In this document: positions 29,076 to 37,789 of the stretch, piece after piece | How the letters are laid out: each line of letters starts with the position of its first letter | How positions within the stretch are numbered: the first letter of the stretch is position 1 | Program-made: the position numbers and the translations under genes | The notes under the pieces: model-generated | The model's input: the letters and a program-made list of their open reading frames with translations, nothing else | What the model was told of the DNA's origin: nothing | Databases searched by the model: none | From: a virus | Taxonomy: Duplodnaviria; Caudoviricetes | DNA length: 59,263 nt | Virus record (IMG/VR): IMGVR_UViG_3300037096_000007 | Span: 1 to 59,263 of that record | Direction: 5' to 3' (one strand)

Positions 29076-29215
29076 CGGGATTCTCCTTGATGAGTTGCCG
29101 GTGGGCCGGCGGTGACGTAGGTGGATTTCGGCTACCCGCCGTGGGCCGTCCCGCCACTTTTCAGTTGCGTAATCGTATTACGGGGGAGTAACGTTGGCGG
29201 AATACGGCTTCCAAT

Positions 29216-29422
29216 TCAGCGCGGATGTTCATCGGGAAGCTTAATTCTGATTTGAGCGCCGACCTTGGCGTTGCTCCAGTCCGCATTCCACCATGGCCAA
29301 GTCTGGCGTGCATAATACAGCGCCGTCTCGTTCAAATCGCGCATCGACCGCTGATGTTGATAGCTTCGCGGTGTTGTCGGCTGCGGCGGAATATCCCAAA
29401 CCCATAAAGCGGATTGTTCCAT
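29216..29422 (-). CDS. Small protein ending in a coat-protein-like segment (AKVGAQIRIKLP)
   Basis: TGATG coupling; similar to coat GARIGAQLRIRY. Confidence 0.45.
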   Translation of the reverse strand: MEQSALWVWDIPPQPTTPRSYQHQRSMRDLNETALYYARQTWPWWNADWSNAKVGAQIRIKLPDEHPR

Positions 29423-29637
29423 CACGCTTCATTCCTTCGCTTCCGCACAATCCTGAAACCAGCAATATCAATCGCAGCCATGATTTGCTCAAACGTCGCT
29501 GGCTTGCCCCATTGATCGCCTGCGGTTTCGATTGCGTCCTTTAGGCGTCGGCGATGGATTTCCTTTGCCCATTTGCCGCATTGACGAACACGCAAGCGCA
29601 ACACGCCGAGCATCGCTTCATCGATTAGCTCGCTCAC
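29422..29637 (-). CDS. Hypothetical protein
   Basis: GTGA overlap with TerS. Confidence 0.5.
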   Translation of the reverse strand: MSELIDEAMLGVLRLRVRQCGKWAKEIHRRRLKDAIETAGDQWGKPATFEQIMAAIDIAGFRIVRKRRNEA

Positions 29638-29960
29638 GGCACCTTCCCCGCATTCTTAGCCATGAATACCTCTAGCGCCCTAGCGCGCTGTTCATCCGTT
29701 GGCTCGCCCATTCGTATCGGGTCTTGCGTGTCGTCGCCGACGAGGGCTTGGGGAACCTTGCCATCCATGCGGTCGAATATCTCTCGCATTACCGGACCGT
29801 CGCCGCCTATTGCCTTTTGAACCATCGCCTCGGCGACCTGCCGAAATCGCTTGATCTTCTTGCCCTCGATTATATCGTCCCGATGCAATTCGATCATCAA
29901 GGCATCGCGCATTATCTTGTCGGGCTTGCCACCTTTTGAGGGCGTTTTTCGTGCGGCCAT
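29634..29960 (-). CDS. Putative terminase small subunit (DUF5681-like)
   Basis: AEAMVQKAIGGD..MREIFDRMDGKVPQ motif; between HNH and TerL. Confidence 0.65.
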   Translation of the reverse strand: MAARKTPSKGGKPDKIMRDALMIELHRDDIIEGKKIKRFRQVAEAMVQKAIGGDGPVMREIFDRMDGKVPQALVGDDTQDPIRMGEPTDEQRARALEVFMAKNAGKVP

Positions 29961-29972
29961 AGGCTTTAGCTT

Positions 29973-30140
29973 CTAACCCGTTGTCTTTACAGGTCTTTCC
30001 TCGTCATAAGACCGCTGCGCAGCCGCCATAATGCAATCCGCTCGCTCACATGGCGCTGTTACCATTTCATCGCAGGCGAAACATGGGACGGCGATGCCAA
30101 ACCGGCGAGGCTCAGGAATGGTTTTTAGCTTTTGGCTCAT
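29973..30140 (-). CDS. Small Cys-containing hypothetical protein
   Basis: CFAC...C...C; ATGA overlap with the upstream gene. Confidence 0.35.
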   Translation of the reverse strand: MSQKLKTIPEPRRFGIAVPCFACDEMVTAPCERADCIMAAAQRSYDEERPVKTTG

Positions 30141-30331
30141 TGCAAAGCCTTCGGAGCCGGATTGCATAAAATGCTGATATCCTCGGAACCGCAGCGATCA
30201 CAGCGGAATGTGTCGCCCCCGACGCAATCGCCTGCAATGCCGAGCCAGATGCAGGCGTTACATACCACGGCGCGCTGTAACGGATCGGGAAGTCTAACCT
30301 CGCGCTCCTGCAAACTCATCGCCGCACCCAT
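30137..30331 (-). CDS. Zinc-ribbon-like small protein
   Basis: CNAC...CDRCGS. Confidence 0.45.
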   Translation of the reverse strand: MGAAMSLQEREVRLPDPLQRAVVCNACIWLGIAGDCVGGDTFRCDRCGSEDISILCNPAPKALQ

Positions 30332-30780
30332 CCATGGTTGAATGTCTTTTTCCAGCCACTTGCGCGCGAACCTGGTAATGGGTTGCGCGTTGTTTTGGCT
30401 CGGATGCGTTTGTCTTGGATGCGTTTGGATTTTGCGATAACACCTTGATCTATCGCGGTTTTTGGCTTATCACATGCGGGGCATAATACTTGGCAGTTGT
30501 CCAGCGCATTATCGCCGCCGATCCAATCTGGAATACGATGATCGTAGGTGAATTTAGCCCCCAACGGGGCATTGCAGCGGATAAACATCACGCGTTCGCC
30601 ATTGGCTGCAATAATCTGGCCTTCACACCAGCCACCGCATCGCTCCCAAGCGGCGCGTTTCGTGGCTCGGCTGAATTCCTTGCGTGGGGTTTTTGCTCGC
30701 CTACCGGACCCGACCTCGCTCGATTTTTGAGCGGATAGGTCAGGTTGCAAATTCGTCGTTAGCATATCTCGCGGGACCAT
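30316..30780 (-). CDS. HNH endonuclease
   Basis: RKEFSRATK..AWERCGGWCE...YDHRIPDWIGGDNALDNCQVLCPAC..KT. Confidence 0.85.
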   Translation of the reverse strand: MVPRDMLTTNLQPDLSAQKSSEVGSGRRAKTPRKEFSRATKRAAWERCGGWCEGQIIAANGERVMFIRCNAPLGAKFTYDHRIPDWIGGDNALDNCQVLCPACDKPKTAIDQGVIAKSKRIQDKRIRAKTTRNPLPGSRASGWKKTFNHGWVRR

Positions 30781-30941
30781 GCAAGCGGCTTTCTAGGGAT
30801 AGTGGCCGCCCCGCCTCGCGGGTACGCGACGGAGCGGCCTGTCGTGGGAGGAGACACAGATTTATCCAAGGGTTTTGGAAAAACCTTCGTTTCGGGAGAA
30901 CCTCATAAATCCCGCCGTTTGATGCGCTGGCGGTTTGGCGC

Positions 30942-30965
30942 TTAATAGCGGGTTTCCGCTATTAA
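30942..30965. terminator. Perfect hairpin TTAATAGCGG-GTTT-CCGCTATTAA
   Basis: 10-bp inverted repeat downstream of 30981-31250. Confidence 0.45.
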
Positions 30966-30980
30966 CTGGCTGCTGGTGCA

Positions 30981-31250
30981 TCAGAGTTCAAAATTTGATT
31001 TGTAGAACCGACTTTCCTTGTCGATCTTCTTGCGAACTGTCCGAGGCTTCGTTTGGTGTCTGACTGGCGTTTCGCAGCGGAGCAATGCGTAGCGAATGTT
31101 GATGGTGCGCGTGGCGCATTTGAGTTCGCGCGCTACATCCCTAGCGGGACGATCCGCGTAAAAAGCGTTCCGAACGAGATCACATTCAGCTTCCGTGAAA
31201 CGCTGCCCATGTGAGCGCGGCTTGTCCCAATCGTCAGGGTCTCTAGGCAT
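30981..31250 (-). CDS. HTH-like hypothetical protein
   Basis: GAGGG RBS; RFTEAE...PARDVARELKCATRTI. Confidence 0.55.
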   Translation of the reverse strand: MPRDPDDWDKPRSHGQRFTEAECDLVRNAFYADRPARDVARELKCATRTINIRYALLRCETPVRHQTKPRTVRKKIDKESRFYKSNFEL

Positions 31251-31280
31251 CTTCTGTTCCCCTCGTCGTCCGCCATTAAC

Positions 31281-31679
31281 TCAGTAATTATGCGTTATCC
31301 GGTGATGGTGCCCGCAATAGCTCGACCTGTCCTGTTTTGGATCGCCGCAGAATAGCGCCTTGGAACCGCCCTCATTGACCACAAACCGGCAATGGCCGTT
31401 CTTTAGCTCTAGGAACGTCACTGGCGAGAGTGACGGGATAAGGGCTCCCGGAGGGCTGACCACACGCCTAAGGCGCTTGGTGGCCATGGCTGGCCGATTA
31501 TGAAGCTTCTCAGGATGCTGGCTATTTCCACGCAAGCCGAGACGATGAATTCGCCCCATGACCGCATTGCGGGTCCGGTTGCGGACTTCGGCGAAATGCA
31601 GCGCGGCAATACTGCCGGCCGACAATCCTTCGGCGACAAAGCCAGCGAGCGCCCTATCTTCTTCCGGTAGCCATTCCAT
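31281..31679 (-). CDS. gcrA: GcrA cell-cycle regulator homologue
   Basis: W..E...GLSAGSIA...TRNAVMGRIHRLGL and LELKNGHCRF...FCG...SSYCGHH. Confidence 0.85.
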   Translation of the reverse strand: MEWLPEEDRALAGFVAEGLSAGSIAALHFAEVRNRTRNAVMGRIHRLGLRGNSQHPEKLHNRPAMATKRLRRVVSPPGALIPSLSPVTFLELKNGHCRFVVNEGGSKALFCGDPKQDRSSYCGHHHRITHNY

Positions 31680-31737
31680 AATCGCGCCTCGTTCGGGGAT
31701 GATTTGCCTGTTCGGTTTTCCCGTCAAGGAAAATATA

Positions 31738-31784
31738 TTGTAATCTGTGCTTGATTACAAGTTTGGGCTGTGTCATTATCCACA
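31738..31784. promoter_or_regulatory. Divergent control region: TTGTAATC-N7-GATTACAA inverted repeat and a perfect DnaA box (TTATCCACA, 31776-31784)
   Basis: Read directly; lies between divergent genes. Confidence 0.5.
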
Positions 31785-31809
31785 ACGTCGAAACAAGGAG
31801 GCGCAGCCA

Positions 31810-32204
31810 TGAACGAAATCACATTCGAGTTTGACGAACTCGCATTGATCGTCGAAGGCGGCTTTGAAGCCGCGCTGATCGCAGGCAATGCCACGATCCG
31901 ATTTGAGAACGATGGCGAGTGGTCAATTCAAAGTATCGCCCTTGACGGCCATCGGAAACGATCATGGGAGGAACGCGAAAGGCTTGCCGCGAGTTCGGCG
32001 CCATATGTCCCTCGACTATTCGAGCGCAAGCCGGTCCATCTTTGCAAAGATAGCAATCCGTGGCTCTACGGCGCAATCGTCGATAGGCTGGAACATCATC
32101 ACGCGGACGATATCGCCTACGCAATCGGCGAGGCTAAGGTTGATGCTCGCGACGAATACCGCGCGCAACTCGGCAAGGATCGCGCGAGAGGTCTTGAGCG
32201 ATGA
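31810..32204 (+). CDS. Hypothetical protein
   Basis: AAGGAGG RBS; MNEITFEFDEL. Confidence 0.65.
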
Positions 32205-32332
32205 CGATGCCACACTACACCTTTACCTGCACTGGGCGTGAGGCCATCGGGATTGCAGTGCTAATATTTCTTTGTGGATTTATGGTGGGCACATTGCTGG
32301 TAGGCACCTTGATTGAAATACCAAAGGTATAG
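32201..32332 (+). CDS. Small membrane protein (43 aa)
   Basis: ATGA overlap; one hydrophobic helix. Confidence 0.4.
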   Translation: MTMPHYTFTCTGREAIGIAVLIFLCGFMVGTLLVGTLIEIPKV

Positions 32333-32342
32333 GAATGGGGAC

Positions 32343-32621
32343 ATGACAACAGAGCAAAATCGCCGCTACAATCCGCAGGAACATGCCTACCTGATCCGGT
32401 CACGCCTCGACGCAGCGATTGAGCAATTCAACGCGGGCACGATCTCTGAGGATGTTTTCAAGGCCACGCTTTACGCGCTCGGCTTTCGCGGCGCCAACCT
32501 AGCCTGCGAATTCCGCTATCGCGATGAGGAACGCCACGCTATGCGGGAGCGACAAAAGGCGCGGGCGCAAGCCGCGAAAGCTGTACCGGCTGGCGATGTT
32601 GGCGACCAAGGAAACTCATAA
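32343..32621 (+). CDS. Hypothetical protein overlapping the NusG 3' end on the opposite strand
   Basis: GGGG RBS; MTTEQNRR... Confidence 0.5.
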   Translation: MTTEQNRRYNPQEHAYLIRSRLDAAIEQFNAGTISEDVFKATLYALGFRGANLACEFRYRDEERHAMRERQKARAQAAKAVPAGDVGDQGNS

Positions 32622-33045
32622 ACACCATAGCGCGGCGATGATCGAGCGGCTCATCAAATATCAATTGCAGCGGATGGCCCTTCATTGTCACCATATCGCC
32701 TTTCTTGAATTTGCATTGGATGCGCGGCGGGAGCCTTACGAGGCCATCAACCTCGCGCTCTTTGATGCCGTCAATAATCCAATCGGATACCCATTGCGGG
32801 CGCTCGCCTGAATGCAGCACGGTTCTCATACCGTAAGTCGAGAAGATGGCTCTCCACCGCTCGTTATCCGCATCAATGCGGATGAAAATATATCCTGGAA
32901 GGAATGCTTTTATTCGCGGTCGGCTTGACCACGATCCTGAAATGCAAAGCGGCAAATAATTCTCAAATCCCTGGTTTTCCAATTCGCGTTTGACGAAACT
33001 CTCTTTCCCCTGATGCGGACAGCCGACGGCCCAACGCTTACCCAT
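32539..33045 (-). CDS. nusG: NusG-family transcription antiterminator
   Basis: LENQGFENYLP, FLPGYIFI NGN domain; FKKGDMV KOW-like domain; GGAGG RBS. Confidence 0.85.
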   Translation of the reverse strand: MGKRWAVGCPHQGKESFVKRELENQGFENYLPLCISGSWSSRPRIKAFLPGYIFIRIDADNERWRAIFSTYGMRTVLHSGERPQWVSDWIIDGIKEREVDGLVRLPPRIQCKFKKGDMVTMKGHPLQLIFDEPLDHRRAMVFMSFLGRQHRQPVQLSRLAPAPFVAPA

Positions 33046-33085
33046 TCAATCCTCCATGGTTTCCAGAATCAATTTGATTTTCGAT

Positions 33086-33316
33086 TCATGGCTTGCCTAT
33101 TCGCCACGTCTGAGGAATTCCGGGGAATAAACCGTCGTGGCAACTAACCACATCGCCATCCGCGATTACCTTTTTCGCTATTTCCTCCTCAACCTCTCTC
33201 CCCGGAACCGTAAACCATCTTTTGCCAGACGGCGTATGCATCTGCATTAGCGACGCGCCCATGCGCATCCGATCTTTGACGCGAGACACAGCGACCCTTG
33301 TGCTACCTTTGAGCAT
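33086..33316 (-). CDS. Hypothetical protein
   Basis: GGAG RBS; DGLFPGIPQTW motif. Confidence 0.55.
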   Translation of the reverse strand: MLKGSTRVAVSRVKDRMRMGASLMQMHTPSGKRWFTVPGREVEEEIAKKVIADGDVVSCHDGLFPGIPQTWRIGKP

Positions 33317-34568
33317 TTGCGTTCTCCACAAAACCAAAAGCGTTTGGAGCTTTGTTCCAACCCTTTTTGCGGCGTTCCATCAGGTCGAGATATTTTTGAT
33401 AGGCTTCGCTTTTATGCTGAGTAAAGCCGATGCCCTTGCACCAATAATCATTGCGCAATAGCGATTTGCATACGCGACGCCATGATGGCGCACCACGTGA
33501 GGCCTCGGCGTCATAGGGAGCCTCGTCGGGGATACCGTTTTCGTATCCTCTAGTGCTCCACCACTTTTCAAATAGCATGATTTTATTTCGGAAATGCTCG
33601 CGCGTTTTTGGCGGCATGGATTCAAATAATAGCTTAGCAAAGCTGCGCCACGTATGACCGGCAGGCTTTGTGATCCTTCGGTAGCCGTTTATATTACCCC
33701 ATTCCTGGACATACAACGCACCGCCATTTGCGCCATTCACCCGCGCAACAACGCGTGCCCATGTCTCAGGCTCGATCAAATGGAAAAGCCATAAGCCCTT
33801 GCGCTGATCGTCACCGTACGGCTGGCAAATTCTCATTTGGTGAATTGATAACCCGGCTTTGTACATCAAATCGTAAAGGCGATTGTACGGCATTTCCGGA
33901 TGGCGAGCGTGCCACGTCCACAGATCGGCAGTCCGCCAATCGTAAATCGGATATATGTTGAAAACATCCGCAATGACTTTCGAGGTCCAGCGCTTACCGT
34001 CTTTCATTTCCTTGTGCGATGTGGCGATGGTACGGAAACGGTTTAGGCTTTCATCGGTTCGGATGCCAACAAAACAGGCGCACGATTGCCATTGCGCAAA
34101 CCATTCGCCAAACAGCGGCACGAATTCCTCAAATTCCATTCCTGAATGAAAGAACGGAAAATAATTTGGGTCAATTACGGCGCGATCCGGCAAATCGCGA
34201 ATCCAGGCGTCTTTTTTGTCGGGGTCCCAACACAGCCAAAACGGCATATAAACGCTAACAGCGTTCCGCAGATGTAGTGGCAGGCAGACCCAATAAAGCT
34301 CAATGTTATCCTTATAAAGATCGAAACATTTTTTCGCGTGGTCGATTGTGAGTTTGTATTGGCCCTCAAGATCGACCAGCAAAATACCGATCTTACGATT
34401 GCGTCTGATCGCCTCCGCCATGACAAGGTGTAGCATAACCGTGCTATCCTTACCGGCGCTAAAGCTGAGATAAATCCGCTCAAAATTATCGAATGTCCAG
34501 GCAATGCGCTCTTGCGATGCCTGCACCACATTAATCCCAATCGAATGTTTTAGGAGCGATTGCTTCAC
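33303..34568 (-). CDS. PAPS-reductase-like/DUF3440 protein (IbrA/YbdN-like)
   Basis: PP-loop SFSAGKDS, GIRTDESLNR, YPIYDW, MRICQPYGDDQR, PSWRRVCK...NDYWC; likely GTG start at 34568. Confidence 0.85.
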   Translation of the reverse strand: MKQSLLKHSIGINVVQASQERIAWTFDNFERIYLSFSAGKDSTVMLHLVMAEAIRRNRKIGILLVDLEGQYKLTIDHAKKCFDLYKDNIELYWVCLPLHLRNAVSVYMPFWLCWDPDKKDAWIRDLPDRAVIDPNYFPFFHSGMEFEEFVPLFGEWFAQWQSCACFVGIRTDESLNRFRTIATSHKEMKDGKRWTSKVIADVFNIYPIYDWRTADLWTWHARHPEMPYNRLYDLMYKAGLSIHQMRICQPYGDDQRKGLWLFHLIEPETWARVVARVNGANGGALYVQEWGNINGYRRITKPAGHTWRSFAKLLFESMPPKTREHFRNKIMLFEKWWSTRGYENGIPDEAPYDAEASRGAPSWRRVCKSLLRNDYWCKGIGFTQHKSEAYQKYLDLMERRKKGWNKAPNAFGFVENANAQR

Positions 34569-34956
34569 GATATTTCCCCTCCCACAAGGCAATAGCCTCG
34601 TCCGCCACTCGGTTCGCTTCGTCCTGTTCTGGCTGTGATAGTGTATGCCACCCAAGCCGCGTGCAATTCTCAGGTGAGTTGACTGCGATACAACAGGCAG
34701 CATGACCAAGCCACGCTTGTCGATTCATCCCCTGTGCAGTTAGATTCACCTCGCATGATATCGGCCATTCCTCGATTGCCTTGAGCATTGCGAGCTTAAA
34801 TTCCTCGGGCGAGCGCATAAGATCGCCGGCGGCGTTAATATACGATTGCGCTTTATCGCCGCTGACATTGCGCCACATCCCGGCTGGAAATTCCTCCCAT
34901 TTGTCATGCGGATAATATCTCCGCTTCAACGCTTTCGCCAATCTCGCCCTCCACAT
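34531..34956 (-). CDS. Conserved hypothetical protein between the IbrB- and IbrA-like genes
   Basis: WPISCEVNLT...NRQAWLGHAACC...W..L...Q.EAN motif; likely TTG start at 34929. Confidence 0.7.
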   Translation of the reverse strand: MWRARLAKALKRRYYPHDKWEEFPAGMWRNVSGDKAQSYINAAGDLMRSPEEFKLAMLKAIEEWPISCEVNLTAQGMNRQAWLGHAACCIAVNSPENCTRLGWHTLSQPEQDEANRVADEAIALWEGKYREAIAPKTFDWD

Positions 34957-35668
34957 TCAAATTATCATCTTCGTTGATACGATCAGCTTCCCAAGCTTCG
35001 GAAAACTCGCGATCCTTAAACATTTCCGCAAGTCCGGTTATTTGGGCGAGACGTAATACTTCGTCAGGGTCCATTCCTAAATTTTTGCCGATCTTTTCAT
35101 TCGACCAATTGCGGCGCTTTAATTCCAAAACAATTTCGGACATTCCATCGACACGGTGCTTACCGCGCGCTCGATTGTGTCGCACGGTCGCGGCAATGCG
35201 ATCCGAACGGTCTGTTTGCTCTGATCTGATTTGCACGACAGGCAGATAGCCCATAACCCGAGCGCGAATATCATCGCATTCTCTGCCAACACGATGGCGA
35301 TGGAAGCCATCAACAACTTCGTAGGCATCGGCTTCTTTGTTGGTGACGATCGGCTGCGTGTAACCATCAGCGGCGATTGATAATCGCAGCAATTCCATTT
35401 CGGGTGGCGCAACGCTGTTAGGATTGTAATCGTTTGCGCGGACTTGATCGGAACGCACCCACCGCACGCAATCAACAGGTTCATTTCCAAATGGGCTATG
35501 TTCCGAGATTATTGCGCGGAGGCGATTGATAGCCTCGATTTTATCGGCGAGCGACAAATCATCCAAGGCGTCAATCTTTTTCGTCACCGTCGCCACGACT
35601 TTCGCAACCGCGCTCTCATTTATCGGCGACGGTCTTTCAGCAACATCCAAAGGAAATAACGTATCCAT
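34904..35668 (-). CDS. ParB/Srx-like protein (IbrB/YbdM-like)
   Basis: PVDCVRWV, ANDYNPNSVAPPEMELL, DGYTQPIV, VVDGFHR, RHNRARGKH. Confidence 0.87.
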   Translation of the reverse strand: MDTLFPLDVAERPSPINESAVAKVVATVTKKIDALDDLSLADKIEAINRLRAIISEHSPFGNEPVDCVRWVRSDQVRANDYNPNSVAPPEMELLRLSIAADGYTQPIVTNKEADAYEVVDGFHRHRVGRECDDIRARVMGYLPVVQIRSEQTDRSDRIAATVRHNRARGKHRVDGMSEIVLELKRRNWSNEKIGKNLGMDPDEVLRLAQITGLAEMFKDREFSEAWEADRINEDDNLNVEGEIGESVEAEILSA

Positions 35669-35677
35669 CCCTATCCC

Positions 35678-35953
35678 CTATGTTGCCAATGAAAGCATCG
35701 CCGACGCGTCGGCAACATCAACGTAATCTGATAAGAGAAAACCCAAAGCGCGCGCACCCGCCATCCATTCAACAGCCGAATCAGCATCCACTATTCCGCC
35801 GCGTAATGCAATGCCGATTGTCTCGATTTCATTCACAACCAATAATGCGCGGGTGCGAGCCGCGCGCAATTCCGCAAGAACATATTCGCGATAGGCAATC
35901 TCACCGGGATGATCGCCGCGCACCATCATCGCAAATTCGGAAACCTTTTTCAT
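35678..35953 (-). CDS. Hypothetical protein
   Basis: ATGA overlap with the helicase; YVLAELRAARTRA motif. Confidence 0.55.
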   Translation of the reverse strand: MKKVSEFAMMVRGDHPGEIAYREYVLAELRAARTRALLVVNEIETIGIALRGGIVDADSAVEWMAGARALGFLLSDYVDVADASAMLSLAT

Positions 35954-37446
35954 GCGACGACATACTCGGCGTTGCGTTTAGATTTTGCCCATTGGATATT
36001 TTTACTTCTAATCCAAGATAAGGTTTTTGGACCCGGCTCAATCGGCATTGCATCGCGAATTGACGGAATGTTCGGCCATACTTTGAATTTCTCGCGATAT
36101 TTATTTGCTGCCCACCCCTCCTTGTAGCCGTGCTGAGCCGCGTACCAGCGCAATTCAGCGAACAACAACTGTTTCTCCGCAAGCGTGTATTCTTTTTTCG
36201 CAACGCGCTTTTGTCCACCAGTGACATCAACAAGCTCGCCATCACGCTCGATTACGCCGTTTACCGCCCGCGATTCAAATCCGCAATGCGGGCATTTTGA
36301 AACCTTCGGCGGCTTCAAATATCCGCATGATTTGCATTCCTTCGGTAGTGCGATGCGCGGCTTGGCTTCCTGCGGCTCGGCTTTCTTTCCCGTATTCAGC
36401 CTATCGTGGTGAATGTCGGTTACGAATCCCAATCGCTGCGTCGAATCACTGTGATCGAGGATCAGCGCGTAATCTTTTCCCGGCGTCGTGCGTAATGCTC
36501 GCCCGATGATTTGCGTGAAAAGAATTTCGCTTTTCGTTGGCCGGCACAAAACCAAACAGCGAACATCGTAATCAACTCCGGTCGTCAGCGTCGCCACGTT
36601 GCAAACGATCTGACATTCTCCGCTATGAAATTTTCGTTTTATCTCGCGGCGCTCAAGGTCGGTCGTGTATGCGTCCTGATATTCCGCTTTGATGCCAGCT
36701 CGGATAAATCGTTCCTGCAAATTCTTGGCGTGCGCACGATCAACGCCGTAAACGAATGTTTTATCCCTCCCCCAAAGTTTTTTCCATGTCTCGATTACGT
36801 CGGCAACGAGCGTGCCTTGCTGCATCGCTTCGCTCAATTGGCCTTCGTGGTAATCGCCTGCAACAATCTTGATGTTGCGTAGGTCGGGATGGCCAGCAGC
36901 AAACACGCGGAACGGCGACAACAAACCTTCTGAAATTAGCTCCTTCGTGGTCGCAGCGATCAAAAGCGTATCAAAATATCGCCCGAGTCCAATCGACCAT
37001 GGCGTAGCAGAGATTCCGATAAACGGAACGTTTTTCCAATCGTCATGGGTCAGCCATTCCCGGTGGCGCTTGTGCAGCGAATGAACCTCATCGATGATTA
37101 CAATATCAGCGCGGGGAAATTCCGATCTCCGGTCTAGCGTCTGAATGCTGCAAATTTGCACCGGCTTCGACCAATCCTGCAATTCATGCGCTGCTTGGAT
37201 AACCCCAATATCACGAATTCCCTCGTTCCAAAACATTTCGACCGTCTGCGAAACCAACGAAACCGCATTGACACAAAATGCTACACGCTTGTCCTTTTCG
37301 CGGGCGCTCTCGACAATCGCCGCCGATAGCTTCGTCTTGCCCGAGCCGGTCGGCGATTGAACCACAATCCGTCGCACCCCTTGGCGCACGGTTTGCCGCA
37401 ATGCCTCAAGGGCGCGCGATTGGTGTGGCCATAAATCGGTTTTCAT
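35950..37446 (-). CDS. SF2 DEAD/DEAH helicase with C-terminal zinc finger (YejH/RadD-like)
   Basis: PTGSGKT, DEVH, SATP, QIIGRALR, CKSC...CPHCG. Confidence 0.9.
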   Translation of the reverse strand: MKTDLWPHQSRALEALRQTVRQGVRRIVVQSPTGSGKTKLSAAIVESAREKDKRVAFCVNAVSLVSQTVEMFWNEGIRDIGVIQAAHELQDWSKPVQICSIQTLDRRSEFPRADIVIIDEVHSLHKRHREWLTHDDWKNVPFIGISATPWSIGLGRYFDTLLIAATTKELISEGLLSPFRVFAAGHPDLRNIKIVAGDYHEGQLSEAMQQGTLVADVIETWKKLWGRDKTFVYGVDRAHAKNLQERFIRAGIKAEYQDAYTTDLERREIKRKFHSGECQIVCNVATLTTGVDYDVRCLVLCRPTKSEILFTQIIGRALRTTPGKDYALILDHSDSTQRLGFVTDIHHDRLNTGKKAEPQEAKPRIALPKECKSCGYLKPPKVSKCPHCGFESRAVNGVIERDGELVDVTGGQKRVAKKEYTLAEKQLLFAELRWYAAQHGYKEGWAANKYREKFKVWPNIPSIRDAMPIEPGPKTLSWIRSKNIQWAKSKRNAEYVVA

Positions 37447-37452
37447 GATTAT

Positions 37453-37671
37453 TTAGCTTTTTGAAAGTAAGATCAATTCGTCGGTCGTCAAGCCAGCGAT
37501 TGCCTTATCAAAATCGCGAGCCGCAGCGATGTAAGCTCGATGCGCAATTTCGTATTGAGCCGCCTGTCTCAGCCTGTCCTCGGACTTTATCGCTGTATTC
37601 ATCATGCCGAGAGTTTGCATAAACATCATCGCTTCGGCCTTGCGCGTCGATAGAGTTTTGATGTCGATCAT
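37453..37671 (-). CDS. Hypothetical protein
   Basis: AAGGGA RBS. Confidence 0.55.
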   Translation of the reverse strand: MIDIKTLSTRKAEAMMFMQTLGMMNTAIKSEDRLRQAAQYEIAHRAYIAAARDFDKAIAGLTTDELILLSKS

Positions 37672-37789
37672 GTCCGAGTTCCCTTCTTACCGTCCTGATA
37701 GTCTCTTACTTCCCTAATCTTCCTTGCTTCCCTTACTACCTCGCCAAGCCGTTTTCTTTCTTTCTTCCTTACTACTGTGAGTGTGTGTC

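Noticed and set aside
29076-29215. tRNA or known riboswitch
   Set aside because: No cloverleaf/T-loop consensus or recognisable aptamer core by eye
33303-34709. DndC phosphorothioation system, and the 468-aa start
   Set aside because: Motifs fit the IbrA/DUF3440 type and no dndA/D/E is seen; the extension overlaps the upstream gene, while GTG at 34568 has an RBS
34904-35668. Plasmid-prophage partitioning ParB
   Set aside because: Sequence matches the IbrB-type ParB/Srx domain; no ParA or parS array nearby
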